Shown here in pieces: positions 9,446-19,074 of a stretch of 64,000 bases of DNA (position 1 is the stretch's first letter; the number at the start of each line of letters is the position of its first letter). Where the stretch lies: contig CAWFND010000008.1 in the NCBI GenBank assembly GCA_963817095.1, positions 32,107-96,106 on the forward strand, read 5' to 3'. The position numbers were made by a program, and so were the translations under genes. The notes under the pieces are model-generated. The model saw only the letters and a program-made list of their open reading frames with translations, did not search any database and was not told where the DNA came from. Source of the stretch: an uncultured Chloroflexia bacterium. GTDB taxonomy: Bacteria; Chloroflexota; Limnocylindria; Limnocylindrales; CSP1-4.

Positions 9446-10362
9446 GCGAACGACTCGAGTGACTCGTCGAGGGGCTGGTCGGCGACGACCGCGCCGGCGA
9501 CCCCGCGCTCCTCCGGCGTCGTCGCCCGCGCGACGATGGGGCCCCACGGTGCGTCCTGGGTGACGACGATCTCGCGGCGCTTCATCAGCTCGAGCATCGC
9601 GAGGAACGTGACCGCGACGACCACTCGATCCCGCACGCCCTGGAGCAGGTCCTGGAGGACGACAGTTCCGGCGCCCCGGATCGCCTCGCGGATGATCTCC
9701 GCCCGTTCGGTGAGCGTGATCGTCCGCGCCATGATCTCCGGCGGAGGCGCCGGCGGCTCCACGATGACGGCCAGCCGGGCCAGCGCCGCAACGAGCACGC
9801 CGACGTCCATCGGAGGACCGTCGGGCGGACGCGCGCCGGCGCGCCCGGAGGCACCGGCCACGGACGGCTCGCGACGGAACAGCCCGAACCGGACGATCGC
9901 GGTCTCCTGAAGCCGGCGCCCCGCATCCCGATGGGCGCGATACAGGAGCAGCCGCGCCCGCAGCTCGGCCTCGGGGTCCGGCCCGTCGTCCGCGAGGACG
10001 CCGGGTGCGGACTCGATCCGCCGCGGCAGGATCGCCCGGCTCTTGATGAGGATCAGCTGACTCGCGACCGCGACGAACGCACTGACGTTTGCCAGCCGAT
10101 CGCCCTCGAGCGTCGCCAGGGCATCCAGATAGGCGTCGGCGAGGGCGCCCAGCGGCACCGTCACCACATCCAGCTGTCGCGCTTCGATCAGTGCCAGGAG
10201 GAGGGCCAGCGGCCCATCGAAGCTCGCCACGCGGACCTGGGTCGCCGCCTCGGGCCGGCGACCGGTGCCGAACACGACGGTGGGGGCGACCGGGCCATGG
10301 CCGTTGGTCGTGGCGAGGACCGGCTCGACTGGCTCGACCGACTCGGTCGACTCGGTCGACAT
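9442..10362 (-). CDS. scpA: segregation and condensation protein A
   Basis: 306 aa. FDGPLALLLALIEARQLDV and MLELMKRREI kleisin-type motifs. Confidence 0.88.
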   Translation of the reverse strand: MSTESTESVEPVEPVLATTNGHGPVAPTVVFGTGRRPEAATQVRVASFDGPLALLLALIEARQLDVVTVPLGALADAYLDALATLEGDRLANVSAFVAVASQLILIKSRAILPRRIESAPGVLADDGPDPEAELRARLLLYRAHRDAGRRLQETAIVRFGLFRREPSVAGASGRAGARPPDGPPMDVGVLVAALARLAVIVEPPAPPPEIMARTITLTERAEIIREAIRGAGTVVLQDLLQGVRDRVVVAVTFLAMLELMKRREIVVTQDAPWGPIVARATTPEERGVAGAVVADQPLDESLESFA

Positions 10363-10877
10363 CAGCTCGCCTCGTCGGCGAGACGCAGGCGCTCGCCGGC
10401 ATCCGGGTCGACGGGGCGGTCCTGATGGCGGATCAGCTCCACCGTCCGGGGGGAGCAGCCCGCATCGGCGGTCGCCCGTGCCGACGCCTCCGCGTGGACG
10501 CGCAGCCGCTCGATGGCAGGCTTCCAGCCCGGGAGGAGCCCCGCCGTCCGCGAAATCCGCCGCCCGTACCGCTCCCCGAGCGAGTACGCGACCCGCGGGC
10601 CGAGGCCCGTGTCGCCCTTTGCGCAGTCGTGGAGCAGGCCCGCGACGAGCACATCGCGCTCGACCACGTCATCGGCCCGCAGGTAGGCGACCACGTCAAG
10701 CCCGTGTCGTCGATCGGCGACATGCATCGCATCGAACAAGGCGAGCTCCTCGGGTCGGAGCCAGTCGATCAGCGCCGCGCGTTCCGCGGGATCGACGCGT
10801 GCCCGGAGGTAGGCGATGGCCTGGCGAGTCTTGTCACCCCACCATGACGCCTGGCGGTCACTCCGCCTAGATGACAT
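10362..10877 (-). CDS. HD-domain phosphohydrolase family protein
   Basis: 171 aa. H...HD pattern (ADRRHGLDV ... GLLHDCAK). ATG start overlaps the end of the M50 protease gene by 11 nt. Confidence 0.65.
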   Translation of the reverse strand: MSSRRSDRQASWWGDKTRQAIAYLRARVDPAERAALIDWLRPEELALFDAMHVADRRHGLDVVAYLRADDVVERDVLVAGLLHDCAKGDTGLGPRVAYSLGERYGRRISRTAGLLPGWKPAIERLRVHAEASARATADAGCSPRTVELIRHQDRPVDPDAGERLRLADEAS

Positions 10878-11544
10878 TGGTGCCGATCAGCAGGTTGATG
10901 ATCGGCCCGCCGATCCGGATGAAGATCGCCTCGAACAGCGTCTGGTTGCCCGGCAGGATCGGGAGGAACGCGACCGCGAGCAGGATCAGGAACCCGTACT
11001 GCTCGAGCACGGGCCGCCACTGATAGGCCGCCCGCGGGCTCATCAGCGCGAACAGGAGCTTCGAGCCGTCGAGCGGCGCGACCGGGATGAAGTTGAAGAT
11101 CAGCAGGGCGATGTTGATGATGACGAAGTTGCCCAGGGTCTGGATGACGATGTCCGGCACGTCCGTGCCGCCCTGCACAGCGTTGATCAGCAGCCGCAGC
11201 GGGATGGCCCCAATGGCGGCGAGGACCAGGTTGGACATCGGGCCGGCCGCCGCGACCCACGCCTCGCTGTAGCGCCCGCCACGCATGTTGCTGGGATTGA
11301 CCGGCGTCGGCTTCGCCCACCCGACGCCGAACCCAACGAGGCTCGAGACGAGGAGCAGGAACCCGCCGAGTGGATCGAAGTGGACGACCGGGTTGAGGGT
11401 CAGCCGGCCGAACAGCTTCGCGGTGCTGTCTCCGAGCCGGTAGGCCGTGTAGGCGTGCGAGAACTCATGGACCGGGAAGGAGATCAGCAGGATCATCCCG
11501 GCCGCGATCAGGCTCGGGATCAGGCGGGCCACGTCCAGGTGCAC
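10867..11544 (-). CDS. site-2 protease family (peptidase M50) membrane metalloprotease
   Basis: 225 aa, polytopic. HEFSH zinc motif in the first TM region and a second conserved LNxxP-like segment (TLNPVVHFDP). GTG start with GAGGAG 6 nt upstream. Confidence 0.8.
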   Translation of the reverse strand: MHLDVARLIPSLIAAGMILLISFPVHEFSHAYTAYRLGDSTAKLFGRLTLNPVVHFDPLGGFLLLVSSLVGFGVGWAKPTPVNPSNMRGGRYSEAWVAAAGPMSNLVLAAIGAIPLRLLINAVQGGTDVPDIVIQTLGNFVIINIALLIFNFIPVAPLDGSKLLFALMSPRAAYQWRPVLEQYGFLILLAVAFLPILPGNQTLFEAIFIRIGGPIINLLIGTNVI

Positions 11545-11653
11545 GAAGGCTCCTCAGCTGCGACGACCGCGCAATCGTAGCCGGGCCGTCGCGCCTCGCG
11601 GTCGCGCGGACGGCCGGCGGACGTGGGTCGGGTGCCGCCGGGCGGCCGTGCCC

Positions 11654-12367
11654 TCAGAGCCGACCGAGCAGCTCCGCCTTCTTCGCCTCGTAGTCCTCGG
11701 CGCTGATTGCCCCGCGATCGCGCAGCTCCGCCAGGCTCGCGAGCGCTCGCGTGACGTCGTCGGCGGACATCGGGGCCTCGGCGGCGTCCGCGGCGGGCGT
11801 TGAGGGCACGATGACGGGCGCGGCCCGCATCGCCGGCGACGGCATCGGCTTCGCCCCGGACAGCTCCAGCTCGAGCTCGTGCTTCGCGTCGAGCATCGTC
11901 CGCTTGAACTCGTTGGCGTTGCGCAGCATCCGGAGCCGCGAGATCCCGCTCTCCGACGCGGTGAGGACCTCGAGGTCGCCGAAGCCGAACATCCGCCCGA
12001 AGAGCGAGACCTTCAGGATCGCGTCGTTGATCTTCTCGAGCGAGCTGTCGATGACCGTCTTGTTGACGACGCCCTCCACCTGGAGGACGCGCCGGGTCGT
12101 GATCAGGAACTCCTCGTTCTGCCAGCGCAGGGCCTGCCAGCCGAACCAGGCCAGACCGACGAGGACGAGGACCACGACCGTCCACCCGCCGATCGAGCTG
12201 AGCGGGCCGTTGCCCTTCAGGATCGTCGCGGTCAGCAGCAGGACGAGCACCGCGATGATCCACATGATGATCGCGTAGGCGGCGTTCGCGATCAGGACGA
12301 ACCAGTGCTGGTGCTCCCGGCGGACGAGCTGCTCGCCATCGGCGAGGAGGTTCTCGACGTAGGCCAC
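11654..12367 (-). CDS. membrane protein with bacterial PH (YdbS/bPH_2-like) domain and C-terminal SHOCT domain
   Basis: Start taken at GTG 12367 (AYVENLLADGEQLVRREHQHWF, typical bPH_2 N-terminus). Two TM helices followed by a beta-rich segment. C-terminus LASLAELRDRGAISAEDYEAKKAELLGRL fits the SHOCT consensus. Confidence 0.6.
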   Translation of the reverse strand: MAYVENLLADGEQLVRREHQHWFVLIANAAYAIIMWIIAVLVLLLTATILKGNGPLSSIGGWTVVVLVLVGLAWFGWQALRWQNEEFLITTRRVLQVEGVVNKTVIDSSLEKINDAILKVSLFGRMFGFGDLEVLTASESGISRLRMLRNANEFKRTMLDAKHELELELSGAKPMPSPAMRAAPVIVPSTPAADAAEAPMSADDVTRALASLAELRDRGAISAEDYEAKKAELLGRL

Positions 12368-12389
12368 GGCGTTGACGCTGCCTCCTGGG

Positions 12390-13301
12390 TCAGGCCCGCG
12401 GATGGGCCCTGGCGTAGACCTCGCGGACCCGCTCGCCCGTGAGGTGAGTGTAGAGCTGGGTCGTGGAGATACTCGCATGTCCGAGAAGCTCCTGGACGAT
12501 CCGCAGGTCGGCGCCGCCCTCGAGGAGGTGCGTCGCGAACGAGTGGCGGAGCGTGTGCGGCGAGACCCGCTCCGGGAGGCCCGCGCGACGGGCGGCCCCG
12601 CGGACGATCGCGAACGCCTGTTGCCGGGCAAGTCTCCCGCCGCGGTCCCCGAGGAAGATCGGGCCGCCGCGGAGCGGCGCCACGTGGTGGAGCTCGAGGA
12701 GCGCCGGTCGGCCCTCGTCGATCCAGCGGACGAGCCAGTCGAGCGCAACGTCGCCGACGGGCACGAGCCGCTCGCGGTCGCCCTTGCCGATGACCCGGAC
12801 GAAGCCGCCGTCGAGCGAAAGGTCCTCGCGATCCAGCCCGAGCGCCTCGCTCACCCGGAGTCCGGCCGCGTAGAGCAGCTCGAGCAGCGCCCGGCCGCGC
12901 AGGTCCGGCGCCGCCTCGAGGAGCGCCTCGACCTCGGCGATGGTCAGGGTCTCCGGCAGCAGTCGGGTCTGGCGGGGCAGGTCGATGTGGGCGGCGACGT
13001 CACGGCCGATCAGGCCGTCGCCGTACGCGAACCGATAGAAGCCGCGGATGCTCGCCGCGCGGCGGCGGAGCGAGGTGGGAGCCAGGCCGGGGTCCGACGG
13101 CCGGCCGCGGCGGGTCCGCTCCGCGAGGTGTCGACGCGCCGCCTCGGGCCCGTCCGCCCACGTCGACGGCACGCCCCGTCCCGAGGCGAAGTCCGAGAGG
13201 TCGCCGCGGTAGGCACGGATCGTGGCCGGCGACAGGCCGCGCTCCACGCGGAGGTACGTCAGGTAGTCGTCGATCGCCCGATCCAGCGGCGGCGTCGTCA
13301 C
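12390..13301 (-). CDS. xerD: site-specific tyrosine recombinase XerD
   Basis: 303 aa from GTG 13301. N-terminal SAM-like domain (YLTYLRVERGLSPATIRAYRGDL). Catalytic region [43 protein letters not shown]. The symbol is assigned from synteny near recN, as in mycobacteria. Confidence 0.8.
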   Translation of the reverse strand: MTTPPLDRAIDDYLTYLRVERGLSPATIRAYRGDLSDFASGRGVPSTWADGPEAARRHLAERTRRGRPSDPGLAPTSLRRRAASIRGFYRFAYGDGLIGRDVAAHIDLPRQTRLLPETLTIAEVEALLEAAPDLRGRALLELLYAAGLRVSEALGLDREDLSLDGGFVRVIGKGDRERLVPVGDVALDWLVRWIDEGRPALLELHHVAPLRGGPIFLGDRGGRLARQQAFAIVRGAARRAGLPERVSPHTLRHSFATHLLEGGADLRIVQELLGHASISTTQLYTHLTGERVREVYARAHPRA

Positions 13302-13308
13302 GTCTCGA

Positions 13309-15079
13309 TCAAGCGGTCGTCGGGGCGCGATCCCGCCAGCCCTCGGCCCGGTCGAGCAGGTCGCGAGCCGAGGCCAGCGCAGCGGTCCCCTGCCCCGCCT
13401 CGCCGCCGGCGAGCATCGCCCCGAGCTCGACGATTCGTTCCTCGCGGTCGAGCCGGCGGACCTCGGTGACGGTCCGCCCGTCGCGCTCGTGCTTGGCGAT
13501 CGAGAAATGGGCGTCGGCATGGGCGGCGATCTGCGGCAGGTGGGTGACGCACAGGACCTGGTGGCCGCGGGCCAGCGACCACAGGCTCCGCCCGATCGGG
13601 TCGGCGCTCCGGCCGCCGATTCCTGTGTCGATCTCGTCGAACACGACGGTCGGCGTGTCGTCGGCCTGCGCGAGCACCTGGCGGATCGCGAGCGCGACCC
13701 GGCTCAGCTCCCCACCGGAGGCGATCCGGGCGAGCGGGCGGGCCGGTTCGCCCGGGTTCGGCGCGAGGCGGAAGACGACCTGGTCGATCCCGCTCGCGTC
13801 GAAGGCGAGCGCATCGCCGTCAACCTCGACCGCCGGTTCGTCGTCATCGGCGACCCGACGCCCGAGACCGACCTCGAACACCCCCGTCGGAAAGCCGAGC
13901 TCGACGAGGACCCCATCGACGCGCCGTGCCCAGTCGTGCGGCGGCCGTCGTTCGGGCGGCCGAGAGATCCGCGGCGGTCACGGCGACCCGCTCGAGGAGC
14001 CGTGCATCGTCGGCGGCGCGCAAGCTTCGCTCGTCGTCGACCCCGCGGAGCCGCTCGACCTCGGCAGCGGACCGCTCGCCATGGGCGATCACGGCCGCCT
14101 CGTCGTCGCCGTAGCGCCGCTCCAGCGCGTAGATCGTGGAGAGACGGTCCGACAGGCGCCCCAGCTCGGCAGGGTCGTGATCGATCGCCTCGGTCAGCCC
14201 CCGGGCGGTGGCTGCCACGTCCTCCAGCTCGGCCTCGACACCGGCCAGGCGCTCCGCGAGCGGCTCGAACCGCGGATCGAGGCGGGCGAGGCCGCGGGCC
14301 TCGCGCAACCCGACCGCGGTGAGCTCGCGCGCGCTTCCCTCGTCGCCCGCGATCGCCTCGACAAGCGTCACTCCGCCGCGGGCGATCGCCTCGCCGTGCT
14401 GCGCCGCGTCGAGGCGAACGCGGATCGCCTCGGCCTCGCCCGGCTGCAACCGCGCGGCGGCGATCTCGGAGGCCTCGTGCTCCGCCAGGTCGAGACGCCG
14501 CGCCAGCTCCCGCGGGTCCAGCTCCAGCGTCGCGAGCAGCGTCCGGTTCTCCCGCCAACGATCGACGGCCATCGCGGCCGCGGTCCGGAGCGGCTCGTGA
14601 CCGCCGAAGGCGTCGAGCAGGTCGCGCTGCCAGCGCTCGTCGAGCAGCCGCTGCTGATCGTGCTGGCCGTGGATCTCGACGAGGCCGCCGGTGGCATCCG
14701 CGAGTCGAGCCGCGGTGACCGGCTCGTCATCGAGCCTGGCGGTCGAGCGGCCGCCGGCCGACACCTCGCGCATCGCGATCAAGGGCTCCGGCAGGCGATC
14801 GAACAGGGCCGTGACGCGCGCCGCATCGGCGCCGTGTCGGACGAGGGTCGTGTCAGCGCGCGATCCGGTCGCGAGCCCGAGCGCGTCGATCAGCAGGCTC
14901 TTCCCGGCACCTGTCTCGCCCGTGAACACGTTGAAGCCCGGGGCGAGCTCGAGACGCAGCCGATCGATCAGCGCGAGGTCCGTGACGGTGAGCTCGAGGA
15001 GCCGCCCGGGCGTAGCTCCCGAGTCCGTGGTGGCATCGCGATCGGCGACGGCCATGACGGCGATCGGCTCGCGACTCAT
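13309..15079 (-). pseudogene. recN: DNA repair protein RecN, frame broken by an apparent 1-nt insertion near 13920 (probably a sequence error)
   Basis: N-terminal part lies in the frame of track ORF 13844..15841 from ATG 15079 (FTGETGAGKSLLIDAL Walker A, coiled coil). C-terminal part is track ORF 13309..13881 (ASGGELSRVALA signature, VVFDEIDTGIGG Walker B). Span 1771 nt = 3n+1. The ATG overlaps the nadK stop (ATGA). Confidence 0.85.
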
Positions 15080-15921
15080 GACGGCAGGAGCTCGACCTTC
15101 CGTCGGAAGAGGTCCCAGAACGGCTGGCTGCCCGCCGGCTCGACGAGCCGAATCGGTCGGGCCAGCGCCCGCACCTCGACCACGTCGCCGACGTTGATCG
15201 GCACGTCGTCGCGACCGTCGATCGACATGATCGCCTCGGTCGCGTCGACGACGCGGCAGCGGACGATCTGGTCCGGTCCGACGACCACAGAGCGGATCGC
15301 AGAGAGATAGCCGGCGATCGGCGTGACGATCAGGTTCCGGCTGTCCGGGGCGACGACCGGCCCGCCGGCGCTGAAGGAGTAGCCGGTGGACCCCGTGGGG
15401 CTCGACACGACGAGGCCGTCGGCGATGAACGTGGCGAGATGGCTCGGCCCGATCGCGACATCGACCCGGACGACTCGCGCCAGCGCCCCGCGAGCGACGA
15501 CGACGTCGTTCAGGGCGTGGTGGACGACCGCCTCCTCCGGCCGGCCCTCCGGCAGGAGGCGAGCCTCGAGCGCCATCCGCTCGTCGATCGTGTACTCGCC
15601 GGCGACGAGCTTCCCGAGGACGGCCTCCAGCTCGTTCGCCTCGACCTTCGAGAGGAAGCCGATCTTGCCGAGGTTCATCCCGAGGAGCGGCACGTCCACC
15701 TGGATCACGGCCCGAGCCGCGCGGAGAAAGGTTCCGTCGCCGCCGAGGACGACGAGGACGTCGGTCGTCGCCAGCTCCCGGCAGAGCACGTCGAAGTCCT
15801 GGGCCTGGGTCGCCCACTGGTCGATCCCGTGCATCCGGCACCAGCCGCCGGCTCGCTCGCGGAGCTCGATCGCCGCGTCGTTCGTCGGGTTGTAGGCGAA
15901 GCCGATCCGTCTCACGCTCAT
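15076..15921 (-). CDS. nadK: NAD+ kinase
   Basis: 281 aa embedded in the 1643-aa track ORF. GGDGT motif (VLVVLGGDGTFLRA), NDVVV, SSPTGSTGYSFSAGGP. The ATG overlaps the tlyA stop (ATGA). Confidence 0.9.
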   Translation of the reverse strand: MSVRRIGFAYNPTNDAAIELRERAGGWCRMHGIDQWATQAQDFDVLCRELATTDVLVVLGGDGTFLRAARAVIQVDVPLLGMNLGKIGFLSKVEANELEAVLGKLVAGEYTIDERMALEARLLPEGRPEEAVVHHALNDVVVARGALARVVRVDVAIGPSHLATFIADGLVVSSPTGSTGYSFSAGGPVVAPDSRNLIVTPIAGYLSAIRSVVVGPDQIVRCRVVDATEAIMSIDGRDDVPINVGDVVEVRALARPIRLVEPAGSQPFWDLFRRKVELLPS

Positions 15922-16737
15922 CCGCCGGTCACCCGCGCGATCCCAACCCCGATCTCGGCGCAGCCAGGCCCCGCGGCCAGGTGGACGAGGAACTCGCGAT
16001 TGCCCTCCGGCCCGAGGATCGGCGAGACGATCACGTCTCGGGTCCCGAGGCCCAGCGACGCGGCCTGCTCGACCACGCGCTCCAGGACGGCTCGATGGGC
16101 GGCCGGGTCGCGGACGACGCCGTGGTCCGTGCCGCCCTTTCCGACCTCGAACTGCGGCTTCACGAGTGCGACGATCGGGGCCGGCGGGGGCGTCGCGGCG
16201 GAGCGTCGACGCGATCGGACCCAGGACAAGTGCGAGCGAGATGAAGGAGACGTCGACGACGGCGAGCTCCATCGGCTCCCCGAGCGTCGTGGCCGTCAGG
16301 GTCCGGGCGTTCATCCGGTCGTGGACGACGACTCGGGGATCTCGCGCGATCCGGTCCGCGAGCTGGCCGCGGCCGACATCCACCGCGTGCACCCGGGCCG
16401 CGCCGCGCTTGAGCAGGACGTCCGTGAACCCTCCGGTCGAGGCACCCGCATCCAGGCACACCAGCCCCGCCGGCTCGATCCCGAACGCCTCGAGCGCCGC
16501 CGCGAGCTTGTGGCCCCCCCGGCTGACGTACGGCTCCGGTTCCAGCACGGCGATCGGGGCGACCGGGTCGACGAGGTCACCGGCGTGCAGGTCGAGTCGG
16601 GCACCGTCGCCGGCACCGACGCGAATCTTGCCGGCCAGGATCAGCGCCTGAGCCCGCGCTCGGGAATCGGCGAGACCGCGATCCACGACGAGCTGGTCCA
16701 GACGCTGACGGGGGCGACGCTCGGTGGCGGGACTCAC
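15918..16737 (-). pseudogene. tlyA: TlyA family rRNA 2'-O-ribose methyltransferase, frame broken by an apparent 1-nt insertion around 16177-16205 (probably a sequence error)
   Basis: GTG 16737. S4 domain (RLDQLVVDRGLADSRARAQALI), SAM motif LDAGASTGGFTD, DVSFISL. The conserved continuation IVALVKPQFEVGKGG...EGNREFLVHL is in track ORF 15918..16229. Span 820 nt = 3n+1. Confidence 0.82.
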
Positions 16738-16772
16738 GCCGGCTATCGTGGCACAGCCGCCTTCGCCGCGGC

Positions 16773-18873
16773 TCAACCGAGCGTCGATCTCGACCGCGCG
16801 TCGATCAGGTCGCGACGGACGCCTTGTCCGGGCCGCAGCCCGAGGACCGCGATCGTCTCGCGAACCTGGGCGGCCAGACCGGCGGCATCGAGCCGCAGGA
16901 CGCGCCGCAGATCCGCCACGGAGCCGTGATCGACGAAGGCATCGCCGGGGATGCCGACGATCCGGACGGGGATCTCGCCGCAATGCCGGATCGGTGAGCC
17001 GGGCGGACTCGACGGCCTCCAGGACGCCTGCCCCGAACCCGCCGGTGACGACGCTCTCCTCGAATGTGACGACGAGCCGCGCTCGTCGGGCGTGCTCGAG
17101 GATCAGCTCCGTGTCGAGCGGCTTCGCGAACCGCGCATTGATCACGCCCACGGACCAGCCGTCGATCGCGAGTGCGGCGGCCGCTTCCAGCGCCCGGGCG
17201 ACGATCGGCCCGAAGCCGACGAACAGCACGTCGCTCCCCTCACGCAGCAGCTCGGCCCGACCCACCGGGATCGGGGACGGCGTCAGCGGCGCCAGCCCGA
17301 AGCCAGGGTCGCGCGGATAGTGGAGGGCGAACGGCCGGTCCTGGCGGAGGGCGGTCACGAGCAACGACCGCAGCTCCTGCTCGTCCTTCGGGCTCGCGAT
17401 GACGAGGTTCGGGAGCTGGCGCTGGGCGGGCAGCGTGAACATGCCCTGGTGGCTCGTCCCGTCCTCGCCGACCAGCCCGGCCCGGTCGACCGCGATGAGG
17501 ACCGGCTGGTCGTTCTGGCAGACATCGTGGACGGTCTGGTCGAACGCCCGCTGGAGAAACGTCGAGTACAGCGCGACGACCGGCCGCATCCCGCCCATCG
17601 CCAGGCCCGTCGCGAGCGCGACCGAGTGCTGCTCGGCGATCCCGACGTCGATGAACCGCTTCGGGAACGTCGCCTGGAATGTCGAGAGCCCGGTGCCGGT
17701 CGGCATGCCCGCCGTGATCGCGACGATCCGCTCGTCCGTCCGCGCCTGCTCGATCAGCTCCCGCACGAAGACGGCCGTGTAGTTCGGGTGCTTGGGCGGA
17801 TGGACGACGGCCGATGCCGGAGCCGCGTCATCGGTCATCGACTCCGTCGGCATCGTCGTCGTGCGGGTGGGCTCGGCGGGGATCAGGTCGCCCGCGTGGC
17901 CGTGCGAGGCACCGGTTCCATTGCCGTTCCCGTTCATCGTGGCCGGGACCGTGATCGGGGGCAGGGCCGCCCCGTGGAACCCGATCTGGTCCGCCTCCGC
18001 CGGCCGGAAGCCGTGGCCCTTCTGCGTCCGAACGTGGACGATCACCGGGCCGCGCAGCTCGAGGGCCTGCTGGAAGGTCGAGAGAAGCGCCTTGATGTCG
18101 TGGCCCGGCAGGAGGCCGATATAGGTGATCCCGAGGTCCTCGAAGAGCCGGCCGGGCTGGGCGAAGTTCACGACCGACGCCCGCAGACGCTGGCTCAGCT
18201 CCCGGACGGTCGGCCCCACCGCCGGGATCCGCCCGACCAGGTCGTCGTAGGCCGTCTTGCTCGACTGCCACGTTCCGGACAGCTTGATCTGGCTGAGATA
18301 CGTCGACAGGCCGCCGACCGTCGGGCTGATCGACATCTCGTTGTCGTTCAGGACGATCAGGAGCTGGGTCTTCCTCTGGCCGATGTCGTTGAGCGCCTCG
18401 AGGCTCAGGCCGCTCGTGATCGCCGCGTCCCCGACGACGACCGCAACCCGCTCGGAGCTGCCACGGAGGTCCCGCGCCGCGGCGAGGCCCTGACCGATCG
18501 ACAGCCCCGTGCCCGCGTGACCGCCGTCGAAGACGTCGTGGGCCGACTCGCTCCGCCGCGGGAAGCCGCCGACGCCGCCGAGCTGGCGGAGCGTCCCGAA
18601 CCGGGCGTAGCGGCCGGTCAGGAGCTTGTGCGGGTACGCCTGGTGGCCGGTATCCCAGACGATCCGGTCGCGCGGCGACTCGAGGAGCCGATGCAGCGCG
18701 ATCGTGAGCTCGACGACGCCGAGGCTGCTGCCGAGATGGCCGCCGGTCGTGGCGACCGTGGTGATGATCGTCTCGCGAATCTCGACGGCAAGGCGCTCGA
18801 GGTCCGCGACGGTGAGGTCCCGGAGGTCGTCGGGTCCCGTCAGTGTCGGCAGGATCGGCAGTGGTTCGGTCAC
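16773..18873 (-). pseudogene. dxs: 1-deoxy-D-xylulose-5-phosphate synthase, frame broken by an apparent 1-nt insertion near 16980 (probably a sequence error)
   Basis: GTG 18873 with AGGAG 12 nt upstream. GGHLGSSLG, GHQAYPHKLLTGR, GDAAITSG, NDNEMSIS, AEQH motifs. After ...ARLTDPALR the conserved C-terminus EIPVRIVGIPGDAFVDHGSVADL...STLG-stop continues in the next frame and ends at 16773. Span 2101 nt = 3n+1. Confidence 0.88.
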
Positions 18874-19074
18874 GTGGGCGTTGGCTCCTGATCCGCGGCG
18901 CGGGAGACGCCGATGCTGGACGCATCGTCGCGCCTCGGACGGATTCGCGCCGTCAGATGCAACGGATCGCGTCGACATTCTGAACGTGTTCGCCGGAGGT
19001 CGCACGTTTCGTCCGCCCCGCTCCCCGTTGTGGTGGACGAGTGCCTGTGGGATCGTGCGCGTCAGGAGGGAGCC

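Noticed and set aside
12390-13301. Tyrosine recombinases (here and at 60591..61593) as markers of an integrated mobile element or prophage
   Set aside because: Both have the full XerC/XerD architecture and sit inside housekeeping operons (recN-xerD, topA-xerC-murJ). They lack flanking direct repeats, tRNA targets and phage, transposase or cargo genes.
18975-18995. GAACGTGTTC in the dxs / FAD-oxidoreductase divergent spacer as a LexA (SOS) box
   Set aside because: The half-sites GAAC and GTTC are separated by 2 nt, not the 4 nt of the Gram-positive/actinobacterial SOS box. The nearby recN is inside an operon without such a site.
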